NCBI GenBank assembly: GCA_002720855.1
Contig: PBIN01000006.1
Span: 368-64,367, forward strand
DNA: 64,000 nucleotides
Source of the DNA: Rhodospirillaceae bacterium
GTDB lineage: Bacteria > Pseudomonadota > Alphaproteobacteria > MPNO01 > UBA2964
Direction: 5' to 3'
This document shows, piece by piece, positions 1 to 10,596 of this stretch; the stretch's first letter is position 1; each line of letters starts with the position of its first letter. Position numbers and translations under genes: made by a program. Below the pieces are notes generated by a model, which made no database searches, was not told the origin of the DNA, and saw only the letters and a program-made list of their open reading frames with translations.

Positions 1-27
1 ACTATCTGAACTTATTGAAAGATAAGG

Positions 28-1116
<1,089 letters not shown>

Positions 1117-1120
<4 letters not shown>

Positions 1121-2154
1121 AGTGGCGGATTGCTGCGGGCAACAGAAACGGCGCCAGAAGGTGGATCGGTTGCGGCCGTGCGGCTGTCTTCTTCGTCAAT
1201 CCCCGTAAGCCGTAAGAACACGTCTTCCAAATCTGCATCCTGGGTCGCCAGGTCGGCGACGGTCAGGTTTGCGGTCTGCAGAGCGGCAAGGATTTCACCA
1301 ACCGTTGTGCTGCTCGGCGAGAAGCGAAAAACCAACTGGTTAGGAGCCGCAAGCTCCGCCGTAAATTCCGCCAGTTCGGCCGGCAGGGATTCCAGCGGTT
1401 CGGAGAGAGAAATTGTCAGTGTTCTCTGATCAAGCCGGCTGATGAGAGATGGCGTTGCATCACAGGCGACGAGCTTTCCGTGATCGATGATGGCGATGGT
1501 GTCGCACATTTCCTCGGCTTCTTCGAGATAGTGCGTGGTTAGCAATATCGTCGTGCCGGCGTCGTTTAATATCCTCATATAGGCCCATAGTTGGCGTCGC
1601 AACTCGACATCAACGCCAGCTGTCGGTTCATCGAGTACGACCACCGGCGGGGTGTGTACCAGTGCTTTGGCAATCAACAGGCGCCGTTTCATGCCACCGG
1701 ATAGCGACCGCGCATAGGCATCGGCCTTGTCGGCCAAGCCGACCGCTTCAAGGATTTCCATCGTCCGGCGTTCTTTTTTGGGAACACCGTATAATCCCGC
1801 CTGTAAATCCAGCACTTCGCGTGGTGAAAAAAACGCATCGAGATTTACTTCCTGTGGAACGACACCAATTGCCGAACGTGCTCGACGCATCTGCGCCTCA
1901 ATATCGAAATCCCAAATTCTTGCGTTGCCTGACGTCTTGATGACCAAACCCGCAAGAATATTGATCAGCGTTGATTTGCCAGCGCCGTTGGGTCCCAGAA
2001 GCCCAAATACCGATCCCCGCGGAACTTGCAAATCGACATTATCCAGTGCCCGCACCTTGGGACCAAAGGACGGTGTATAGATTTTGGTCAAAGCCTCGGT
2101 CTCCACGGCCAGAGCAGGCATGTCTTCGGAAGACGGCGGAGCAGTAACATTCAT
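1117..2154 (-). CDS. ABC transporter ATP-binding protein (ABC-2/YadG-like)
   Basis: GPNGAGKST, LSGGMKRR, LDEPT, TTHY; start uncertain (2154 or 2169). Confidence 0.9.
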
Positions 2155-2281
2155 AAGTATTTGGCCCAATCTTCAGCAGCTTCGTATACGTGCATGCTTC
2201 TTTGCACGTTGGGGCACATTGGGTATCATCGCGCAGCGTTCGCGGTCAATAAACCGCGCGTAGCCAATGAGGAAAAACATT

Positions 2282-2473
2282 ATGGCCGGTACAGCCCCGG
2301 AACCACCCGAAACCATCGAAGTTGAAGAGCTAACAGTCGCCTGTGACGGCGGCGGCGGCGCGCTAGGCCATCCGCGGGTCTATCTCACTTTAGTCGACGG
2401 CAAAGTCGAATGTGGCTATTGCGACCGTCTCTATGTTCTTAAGCCCGGCACGAAAATTGCTGGTGGGCATTAA
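2282..2473 (+). CDS. zf-CHCC zinc-finger protein (NDUFS6-like)
   Basis: [14 protein letters not shown]...CGYC motif; AGGA ribosome-binding site (RBS). Confidence 0.9.
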   Translation: MAGTAPEPPETIEVEELTVACDGGGGALGHPRVYLTLVDGKVECGYCDRLYVLKPGTKIAGGH

Positions 2474-2643
2474 GCTACTCTTTGCTTGTAGTTAGAGCGA
2501 GCTTCAGCCGACCTGTTACAAGTGACCCGATTGCTCAGAGCAAAACTTTATACCTCTGCGAATTAGCGTGATGATTCGCTGGAGCCCTCGACTCCCCAGT
2601 CGCCTTACGGCATGTTTTGAGTTCTAGAATTAGGGATGAGGTC

Positions 2644-5448
2644 ATGGCGGCGGCAAAAGACTCCAAGCATTTATTATTGATCGACGGATCCGGATATATT
2701 TTCCGCGCCTATCACGCATTGCCGCCGATGACGCGGCCAGACGGCACGCCGGTAAATGCGGTCTATGGTTTTACGTCCATGCTGACCAAATTGGTGGATG
2801 ATTCAGAATCAGATTACCTTGCCGTTATTTTTGACACCGCTCGAAAGACCTTCCGGTCGGATATCTATCCCGAATACAAAGCGCACCGGCCACCACCGCC
2901 CGACGACCTGATTCCCCAATTTTCCCTAATACGCGACGCCGTCACTGCTTTCGGGCTGCCGCAGGCCGAAATGGAGGGATATGAAGCCGACGATCTGATC
3001 GCAACATATGCCAAGCAGGCTGCCGCTGACGGTCACCGCGTCACGATCGTATCTTCCGACAAAGATCTGATGCAGCTGATTGACGACAATATATCGATGC
3101 AGGATCCCATGAAGGGAACACCCATCAGTTATGACGAGGTCGAGAAAAAATTCGGCGTGAAGCCGGAAAAAGTCATCGACGTTCAGGCACTGGCTGGGGA
3201 TTCCGCAGACAATGTTCCGGGAGTGCCGGGGATTGGTGTTAAGACGGCGGCGCAATTGCTGGAAGAATATGGCAATCTTGATACGCTGCTGGAGCGAGCG
3301 GGCGAAATTAAACAAAACAAGCGCCGCGAGAACCTGATCGAGTTCGCCGACCAGGCACGTATTTCGCGGGACTTGGTCACACTCGCTTCTGATGCGCCGG
3401 TCGAGCAGTCGTATGACAGCTTCACGGTTCGGGATCCTGAGCCGGAGAAGCTTATAGAATTCCTGGAGGAGCAGGGATTCAAGTCAACATTGGCGAAAGT
3501 CAAAGCCCAACTGGTGGCCGCCGGCCACGAAGTGCCGGATGACGCGCCAGTACCGATGCTGGATAACGGCCGCGACGAAGCCGGGTACGCGCTTGTACAG
3601 GATGAAAAAACTCTCAAGGCATGGATCGAAGCGGCGTTAGAGCAAGGGACCGTTGCGGTCGATACCGAAACCAATTCACTGGATTCGTTAAATGCGGAGC
3701 TGGTTGGCGTTTCCCTTTCTGTCGCAAAGCCCGTGGATGGCGCGCGAGCCTGCTACATCCCGGTTGGCCATGTCGCGCCCAAAAGTCAGGGCTCACTGGA
3801 TCTCGGCGGTGAAGCTGAGGATGCGGCGACTGATGGCGCGCCGAAACAGGTGGCACTCAAGAAGGCAGTTAAACTTTTAAAGCCGATGTTGGAGGATCGC
3901 GGTACGCTAAAAATCGCCCACAACGCAAAATATGACAGCGAGGTTTTTGCGCGTTATGGCGTCAGCATGTCCCCGGTCGATGACACAATGTTGTTGTCCT
4001 ATGTCCTAGATGGCGGTTCGCATGGTCATGGTCTTGATGATCTGACACGATTGCATCTGGATCGTACGAATATCAAATACAGCGAGGTTACCGGTACCGG
4101 CAAAAAGCAGATCAGCTTTGCCGAGGTAAAGCTTGATGCAGCGCTCGATTATGCAGCGGAAGATGCTGACGTAACGCTCGGTCTGCACCAACTCCTAAAG
4201 CCGCGCCTCGTGTTCGAAAAGATGGCAACGGTATATGAGCGCATCGAAAGACCTTTGGTCGGCGTTCTGGAGAATATGGAAACGGCAGGAATCAAAGTCG
4301 ATGTAAAAGTCCTCAAAAACCTGTCGGATGATTTCGAAAAACGGATAGCGGCGCTAGGCGATGAAATTCATGATTTGGCTGGGCATGAATTTAATATCGG
4401 CTCACCAAAACAGTTGGGCGAGGTCCTGTTCGATGAAATGGGTCTGCCGGGAGGCAAGAAGGGAAAGACCGGCGCATACGGTACAGGTGCCGATATACTC
4501 GAGGGTTTGGCGGCGCAGGGACACGACCTGCCGGTAAAGGTTTTGGAATGGCGGCAGCTTAGCAAACTCAAGAGCACCTATACCGACGCACTTATGGGCC
4601 AGATTGATGCAAAAACAGGTCGCGTGCACACCTCTTATTCGCAGGCCGTAGCATCGACAGGTCGGTTGTCGTCCAACGACCCCAACCTGCAGAATATTCC
4701 CATCCGAACCGAGGAGGGCCGCAAGATCAGAACGGCCTTTGTCGCGGATAGTGGTAACGTCTTGTTGTCCGCCGACTATTCGCAAATTGAGTTGCGCCTG
4801 CTGGCACATGTTGCAGATATTGACGCGCTTAAAACTGCTTTTAAAGACGGCGCGGATATTCACGCCATGACGGCAAGCGAAGTATTCGGCATCCCGTTGG
4901 ATGAGCTCGACGGCCCGACACGAAACCGCGCCAAGGCGATTAATTTTGGGATCATATACGGCATCAGCCCCTTTGGTTTGGCACGCCAGCTGGGGATTCC
5001 GCAAGGCGACGCAAAGTCTTACATCGAGGCCTATTTTGAGCGGTATCCCGGCGTAAAAGGGTATATGGATGAAGCCAAGGAATTCGCCCGCGAGAATGGC
5101 TATGTACAAACCATTTACGGCCGGCGCGTTCATGTGCCGGGAATCAAGGATAAGAACCCCGCGCGCCGCAATTTCATGGAGCGCGCGGCAATCAATGCGC
5201 CGTTGCAGGGGTCGGCTGCTGACATCATAAAGCGGGCGATGATCCTCATGCCGGGCGCGCTCAAAGCGGCCAAGCTCAAAGCGCAAATGCTGCTTCAGGT
5301 CCACGATGAGCTGATCTTCGAAGTGCCCGAAAAACAGCTGAAAAAGACTGAAGAGATCGTCAAAACCACCATGGAATCAGCGGCCAGCCTCTCTGTTCCA
5401 TTGATCTGCGATACGGGTTCCGGTGCCAGCTGGGATGAGGCGCACTAG
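2644..5448 (+). CDS. polA: DNA polymerase I
   Basis: 5'-3' exonuclease (LIDGSGYIFRAYHA), 3'-5' exonuclease DTET, motifs ADYSQIELR, KAINFGIIYG, LQVHDEL. Confidence 0.98.
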   Translation: MAAAKDSKHLLLIDGSGYIFRAYHALPPMTRPDGTPVNAVYGFTSMLTKLVDDSESDYLAVIFDTARKTFRSDIYPEYKAHRPPPPDDLIPQFSLIRDAVTAFGLPQAEMEGYEADDLIATYAKQAAADGHRVTIVSSDKDLMQLIDDNISMQDPMKGTPISYDEVEKKFGVKPEKVIDVQALAGDSADNVPGVPGIGVKTAAQLLEEYGNLDTLLERAGEIKQNKRRENLIEFADQARISRDLVTLASDAPVEQSYDSFTVRDPEPEKLIEFLEEQGFKSTLAKVKAQLVAAGHEVPDDAPVPMLDNGRDEAGYALVQDEKTLKAWIEAALEQGTVAVDTETNSLDSLNAELVGVSLSVAKPVDGARACYIPVGHVAPKSQGSLDLGGEAEDAATDGAPKQVALKKAVKLLKPMLEDRGTLKIAHNAKYDSEVFARYGVSMSPVDDTMLLSYVLDGGSHGHGLDDLTRLHLDRTNIKYSEVTGTGKKQISFAEVKLDAALDYAAEDADVTLGLHQLLKPRLVFEKMATVYERIERPLVGVLENMETAGIKVDVKVLKNLSDDFEKRIAALGDEIHDLAGHEFNIGSPKQLGEVLFDEMGLPGGKKGKTGAYGTGADILEGLAAQGHDLPVKVLEWRQLSKLKSTYTDALMGQIDAKTGRVHTSYSQAVASTGRLSSNDPNLQNIPIRTEEGRKIRTAFVADSGNVLLSADYSQIELRLLAHVADIDALKTAFKDGADIHAMTASEVFGIPLDELDGPTRNRAKAINFGIIYGISPFGLARQLGIPQGDAKSYIEAYFERYPGVKGYMDEAKEFARENGYVQTIYGRRVHVPGIKDKNPARRNFMERAAINAPLQGSAADIIKRAMILMPGALKAAKLKAQMLLQVHDELIFEVPEKQLKKTEEIVKTTMESAASLSVPLICDTGSGASWDEAH

Positions 5449-5464
5449 CCGGAAAGATCGTGAA

Positions 5465-6730
5465 ATGACTGTAGGTAACCTGCCACCGCATCGGATCGAG
5501 GTGTGTGATCCCCAACGCCGCGAACCTGGAATGATGGTTTTTAATGTTCGCCCGGGAGGTCCCGATATAGGCCGCAATAAAGTTGGCTGGATTATCGGCG
5601 TCGACCGGGAAGGAAACTTTCCGTTCAATCTAAAGTTTGATACCGCGGCGCAGGACAGCTGTGCGTTACCGAATGGAAACATAATGTTCTCGTTGACGGG
5701 GGCGGGGCTGATCAAGGAGGTAACGCGCTCTGGTCAGGTGGTCCGTCAGTGGCATGCTGCCGGAAAATGGCAGGATAAGGAGCCGCTCCCCAATAGCGTG
5801 GCCATCGATGTGCCGCTTACCCACCATCGGGTTAATATTTTTCCCAATGGCAATTTGCTTCTCATGAGTGCTGAGATGCGGGAGTTGTCGGATTGGCCCA
5901 CAGCTGATGACGATCCAAACACGACACGCGAAACAGCAAAAGTCGTTGGCGATGTGATTATTGAGGTCACGCCTAAAGGCGAGATCGTCAATAAATGGCA
6001 CCTGTTGGATATGCTCGATCCTTACCGCCTATGTTATGGTAGCTGTTCCGGCTATTGGCACAAGCTGGGGTTTCTCGATAGCAATGACTGGTGCCACTCC
6101 AATGCGGTTTTTTACGACCCCGCAGACGATACGATCATGCTCTCGCTACGGACACAGGACTGCATCCTCAAATTTTTCAGAGCAACCGGCGAGATTAAGT
6201 GGATTTTAGGTGATCCGGGAAACTGGAAATCGCCCTGGTCGGAAAAGCTTCTTAAACCCGTTGGTAATATTGAATGGCAATATCATCAGCATGATTGTTC
6301 AGTGACACCGTCTGGCACTATCCTGTGTTTCGATAACGGCAACCATCGCGCCTTGCCCTTCGCGGAGAAACTGCCGGCAGAACAGAATTATAGCCGTATC
6401 GTCGAATTCGCCGTTGATGAGAGCGCGATGACGGTTGAGCAGATTTGGTCGTTTGGCGACGGCGATGGTCCCGGCGAAGGCCTCTATGCTTGCTATCAGG
6501 GCGGTGCTTTTCGCCTTCCTGAGACAGGAAATACCTTCATGACATTCGGCGGTGTTTGTACGATAGATGGCGTGCCAACCAACGATAATCGTGGCGGCAT
6601 GTGCCAAGCGCGCTTGCTCGAAGTCACACCCGAGAAGGAAGTTGTTTTTGATTTGTGGATCGATGGCAGCGAAGAGGATCCGCCGGTGCCGCTATCTTCC
6701 TTCCGTGCAGAACACATTCCGGACAAATAA
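5465..6730 (+). CDS. Aryl-sulfate sulfotransferase (ASST)-family beta-propeller protein, no signal peptide
   Basis: THH, DWCHSNAV..SLRTQD, YHQHDC, FDNG match the ASST catalytic His/Asn/Arg motif order. Confidence 0.8.
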   Translation: MTVGNLPPHRIEVCDPQRREPGMMVFNVRPGGPDIGRNKVGWIIGVDREGNFPFNLKFDTAAQDSCALPNGNIMFSLTGAGLIKEVTRSGQVVRQWHAAGKWQDKEPLPNSVAIDVPLTHHRVNIFPNGNLLLMSAEMRELSDWPTADDDPNTTRETAKVVGDVIIEVTPKGEIVNKWHLLDMLDPYRLCYGSCSGYWHKLGFLDSNDWCHSNAVFYDPADDTIMLSLRTQDCILKFFRATGEIKWILGDPGNWKSPWSEKLLKPVGNIEWQYHQHDCSVTPSGTILCFDNGNHRALPFAEKLPAEQNYSRIVEFAVDESAMTVEQIWSFGDGDGPGEGLYACYQGGAFRLPETGNTFMTFGGVCTIDGVPTNDNRGGMCQARLLEVTPEKEVVFDLWIDGSEEDPPVPLSSFRAEHIPDK

Positions 6731-6749
6731 CCGGCATAGGAGAAAAATT

Positions 6750-8108
6750 ATGGACCAGCTGACCGAACAAATTGCGACCTTCGCAACGGAGCTGGCCTTC
6801 GATCATCTGGGTGACGATATTGCTCATCTTGGCGGGCAGCATCTGATTGATGCGCTGGGTTGTGCCTTGGGGGCCTACGATTGCGAACCGGCGGCGATCG
6901 GCCGCCGTCTTGCTGCGGGACAAACACCTGGTATGTTTGCCGGCCGCACACTGTTTCAAGACGCGACGCTGCCGGTAGAGATCGCTGGTTTTATCAATGC
7001 CTGCATGATCCGCAATTATGATTTCAATGACCGTTACCCGGGCGGTCACCCGAGCGACGGGCTTGGGTCGCACCTCGCCATGGCGGGGGCAATGCCACTT
7101 GACGGTAAGAAATTTCTCGCCTCCGTCCTTGTAACCTATGAGATTTTTATCCGGCTCAGCGAATACTCAAACATGCGCCATCTGGGATGGGATCAGGGAT
7201 TTGCGGTTGGCATTTCGGCGGCCGCGGGAATTTGCAATTTGCTCGGGCTTTCGTTTGAGCAAACGGCTAATGCGATCGGCATGACGGCAACATCTACCGT
7301 ACCTCTCCGCGTGACACGCTCTGGCGAATTGACGCCGTGGAAAAATGTCGCGACAGCCTTCGCGGCACGCAATGGCGTGTTTGCGGCCACGCTTGCGGCA
7401 GAAGGGATGATCGGTCCTGGAAATGCATTCGAAGGGCGCTGCGGGCTGTTCGACAATGTCACCGGCGAATTTGAGATTTCCAAATTCCCGACGAAAGGCG
7501 GTGAGTTCGATTTGCCCAAGGTTCTGGTCAAATATTGGCCGCTGGAGACCAACGGTCAGCCGGTGGTTTGGGCAGGAATGGAGCTGAAGGAAAAAATCTC
7601 TGCGCCTGATATCGATAAAATCGAGTCCATTGAAGTTTTATGTGATGCGTTCTGTAAGCATGAGATCGGCAGTGAACCGGAAAAATGGGATCCGCAAACT
7701 CGTGAGACAGCAGATCATAGCCTGCCCTATATTCTGGCTAAATCGATGATAGAGGGCCCGCTGACGATTGCTTCCTTTGACGAAGCGCAGGTCCGCGATC
7801 CTGCACTTCGACCGTTGCTCAACAAGATCACTGTCACTGCCGACCCTGAAATTGAGGCACTATTGCCTGATACGATGATGGTGCGCGTGTTGGTCAAGAT
7901 GGCGGATGGAACAACGCATGAGGTTGAATGTGCCAACCCGCCCGGTCACCCTGCCAACCCGATGACGGCCGAAGATATCGCGACCAAGTTCCGGGCGCAG
8001 GGCGAACCAGTGCTCGGCGCGGAGCGATGTGGTGAAGTTATCGAAGCTTGGACCAATGTTGCTGAGGTGAAAGACATGCAGCCGCTTATTCACATGATGG
8101 ATTTTTAG
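6750..8108 (+). CDS. MmgE/PrpD family protein (2-methylcitrate dehydratase-like)
   Basis: DFNDRY.GGHPSD, GWDQG, KYWP, TRETADHSLPY, GHPANPM; AGGAG RBS before ATG 6750. Confidence 0.9.
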   Translation: MDQLTEQIATFATELAFDHLGDDIAHLGGQHLIDALGCALGAYDCEPAAIGRRLAAGQTPGMFAGRTLFQDATLPVEIAGFINACMIRNYDFNDRYPGGHPSDGLGSHLAMAGAMPLDGKKFLASVLVTYEIFIRLSEYSNMRHLGWDQGFAVGISAAAGICNLLGLSFEQTANAIGMTATSTVPLRVTRSGELTPWKNVATAFAARNGVFAATLAAEGMIGPGNAFEGRCGLFDNVTGEFEISKFPTKGGEFDLPKVLVKYWPLETNGQPVVWAGMELKEKISAPDIDKIESIEVLCDAFCKHEIGSEPEKWDPQTRETADHSLPYILAKSMIEGPLTIASFDEAQVRDPALRPLLNKITVTADPEIEALLPDTMMVRVLVKMADGTTHEVECANPPGHPANPMTAEDIATKFRAQGEPVLGAERCGEVIEAWTNVAEVKDMQPLIHMMDF

Positions 8109-8177
8109 ACCTGTTCTAAATCAATGCATTCGCAGCGAGACGAACCTACTAAATAGAATTTTGGGTGTTTCGAGCCA

Positions 8178-8567
8178 TCAGCCGGTTTCTGGAAGGGTTA
8201 TCATCTGGACTGCGACGAATGCCCGGATTTTGCTGTTTTCATCAAATGACGGACGGATTGAGAGCGTGTTCCAGAATGGATTCCCATTACGGGTATAATT
8301 TAAGATTTTAACTTTAACAGGTTCGCCTACCTCAAGAGCTTGACGTATTTCATTTACCGTATTCGGGTTCGTTTCAGGACCCTGAAGAAAGCGGCAATTC
8401 CGTCCTATAACTTCTTCAGCCTTGTAGCCGGTCTGTTTTTCGAAATCCGCTGTTACATATGTTATTGGATTGTCCGGTTGGTTCGGGTCGGTAATCACAC
8501 ACGAGCGGCAAGCTTCGTCGGTGCTAATCAACTTATAAGCATGACTTAAAAAAGAACTTGGAGACAT
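8178..8567 (-). CDS. Short stand-alone LOV blue-light photoreceptor (no effector domain)
   Basis: ITDP..PDNPI, TGY, GRNCRFLQG with the photoactive Cys, NYTRNG.PFWN, terminal VQ; start ATG 8567 or TTG 8600. Confidence 0.92.
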   Translation of the reverse strand: MSPSSFLSHAYKLISTDEACRSCVITDPNQPDNPITYVTADFEKQTGYKAEEVIGRNCRFLQGPETNPNTVNEIRQALEVGEPVKVKILNYTRNGNPFWNTLSIRPSFDENSKIRAFVAVQMITLPETG

Positions 8568-8633
8568 TGCCCAATACCGGGGAAATTCGAATTTCTGCAA
8601 ATATTAATAATAAACCTAATTTCATTATTCTTG

Positions 8634-8650
8634 GTTAATACATGATTAAC
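8634..8650. promoter_or_regulatory. CtrA-binding box, perfect on both strands, upstream of the LOV gene
   Basis: GTTAATACATGATTAAC = TTAA-N7-TTAAC in both orientations, in an AT-rich intergenic stretch. Confidence 0.7.
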
Positions 8651-8671
8651 ACGAGAAATAGCGCCCCGGTT

Positions 8672-9568
8672 TTAAGAGCTTTCTTTGTTTGCAGTGTTAC
8701 GTTCATGATGCGCGAGATATAGTGCTGCGCCGGCGATCACGGCACTCCCGATCCAAACCCAAATTTCGGGAATCTCGCTAAACATCAGAAAACCGACAAT
8801 GGCTGCTAATGGCAGGCGCGTATAATGAAGTGCCAAAACAACAATAGTCTCGCCTTGTATATAGGCGCGAGCCAATACGCGCTGGTTCAGCATCTCCAAT
8901 AGCCCGATGAGCGCCATCCAGCCAAGCAGTTCCCAGGTTGGCGTAATCCAAACAATGATCGCCGGTATCGCTGCCAATGGCAGGATGATTATCTGCGTCC
9001 AAACCGCGACACTGTCGGGATGCTCGCTTTGTGACAGGATACGGCGGTTGATTGGGTTCCAGGTTTGCGAGGCCACCACTCCCAGTACAAAGAATATGCC
9101 GATGTTGAATTCAACCAGACCTGGACGAATGATAATTGCCGCACCTATAAATCCACCCAAAATAGCAATAGCCCGCGGGCCTTTGAGTCCTTCTTTAAGA
9201 ATAATCGCAGCCAGGATTGCGGCGAAGATCGGTCGCGAAAAATGAATTGCCGTAATGTCGGCGATAGGCATGTACTGCGCGGCAAAATAAAAACAGACCC
9301 CCGCGACATAGGCGAGTGTCCCGCAAATGCTCATAACGACAGGCCGATTGACGTGGGTCAGGATGGTCGGTGTCGCGATGACGATTGGCACAATAAAGAT
9401 ACAGCTGAACAGAGCGCGGAAAAAAACGATTTCAAAGACATTAATGTCGTTGGCAATCAACCGAACGATCCCAAGTTGTAAAACCATGAGCGTACCTGAA
9501 ATCAGTATCCAGAACGTGCACTGAACAACGGCCGGCCAGCTATCGATGATTCTTGTCAACCAACTCAT
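8672..9568 (-). CDS. DMT/EamA family transporter
   Basis: About 10 TM helices, EIVFFR, IIIRPG, HYTRLP; ATGA overlap with the upstream paralogue. Confidence 0.88.
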   Translation of the reverse strand: MSWLTRIIDSWPAVVQCTFWILISGTLMVLQLGIVRLIANDINVFEIVFFRALFSCIFIVPIVIATPTILTHVNRPVVMSICGTLAYVAGVCFYFAAQYMPIADITAIHFSRPIFAAILAAIILKEGLKGPRAIAILGGFIGAAIIIRPGLVEFNIGIFFVLGVVASQTWNPINRRILSQSEHPDSVAVWTQIIILPLAAIPAIIVWITPTWELLGWMALIGLLEMLNQRVLARAYIQGETIVVLALHYTRLPLAAIVGFLMFSEIPEIWVWIGSAVIAGAALYLAHHERNTANKESS

Positions 9569-10488
9569 GAGGTCGATGGCTCTTCTTTGGTTTGCTTGTG
9601 ATCGAGGATCGATTCCCTGTGCGCAATATAAGCTGAGGAAGCACAAATGATACTGGCACCGAGCCATACCCAAATAACGGGTATCTCGCTGAACACAACA
9701 AATCCAACCAAGGCCGCAATCGGAAGCCGCAGATAGCTAAGTGCGAGTACGTATGTGGCATCGGCGGCAACAAATGCCCGGGTCATACAGCGTTGCGTCA
9801 GGATACCCGCGGCGCCAATGATCGCGAACCAGCCCCACTGCTCCAAAGTAGGATTCTGCCAAACGTAAATGGCCGGGATAATCGACAGCGGCAGAATAAA
9901 AAGAGTGTGATAGAGGACAATTGTGTCGGGGTCCTCTGTTCTGGTCAGCATTTTGACGATGACGGTGTTGCAGGTCTGGAACATCACACCGCACAGCACC
10001 AGTAAGATACCCACATTTACGTCAACGAACCCCGGGCGGACAATTATCAACATGCCAATAAAGCCAACTATTATCGCTGACCAGCGGCGCGCACCGGCGA
10101 CCTCACGCAAAATCAGAATTGCAGCGATGGTACCCAAAATCGGCCTGGTAAAGGTGATTGAAGTAAGATCGGCCAGCGGAATTAGTGCGGCGGCGGCAAA
10201 ATAAAAATACGTCACGAAATATGCGAGTGAACCCCGGATGGCCAACAGACCGAGACGTTTAGTCTTGATTCCCGACAGCCCCTTCCGAACAAGCCACGGC
10301 ACCATAAATGCGATACCGAAGATGCTTCTGAACATCACAGTTTCCAGCACGTGCATGTCGACCGAAACCTTGCGAACCGAAACCATGGAGATCGTAAAGA
10401 AGAAACCTGCGAGCGTTATCCAGAATGCCGCTCGTGCCGGCGCCGGCACGGCATCAAATTTTGCGGATAAATTGGATCGTAGGATCAT
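9565..10488 (-). CDS. DMT/EamA family transporter
   Basis: ETVMFRSIFG, LREVAGARRW, IIVRPG, SYLRLP; tandem paralogue of the downstream gene. Confidence 0.88.
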   Translation of the reverse strand: MILRSNLSAKFDAVPAPARAAFWITLAGFFFTISMVSVRKVSVDMHVLETVMFRSIFGIAFMVPWLVRKGLSGIKTKRLGLLAIRGSLAYFVTYFYFAAAALIPLADLTSITFTRPILGTIAAILILREVAGARRWSAIIVGFIGMLIIVRPGFVDVNVGILLVLCGVMFQTCNTVIVKMLTRTEDPDTIVLYHTLFILPLSIIPAIYVWQNPTLEQWGWFAIIGAAGILTQRCMTRAFVAADATYVLALSYLRLPIAALVGFVVFSEIPVIWVWLGASIICASSAYIAHRESILDHKQTKEEPSTS

Positions 10489-10596
10489 CGAAGCATCAGG
10501 TTTGTGGGTGATCGTTCGGCAAGAGACCCGAATGAACGAACCAGTATTAAACAATGATTGTTTGTGTGTCTAAGGTTGGCCCCTGGGTAAAGGCCG

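Noticed and set aside
4402-5304. 300-aa antisense ORF within polA, and many similar ORFs opposite rpsA, addAB, lptA and others
   Set aside because: Shadow frames of codon-biased core genes, with no motifs or RBS.
8104-8120. TTTAGAC-CTG-TTCTAAA resembling an Irr ICE box
   Set aside because: One mismatch, and it lies at the 3' ends of convergent genes with no promoter to control.
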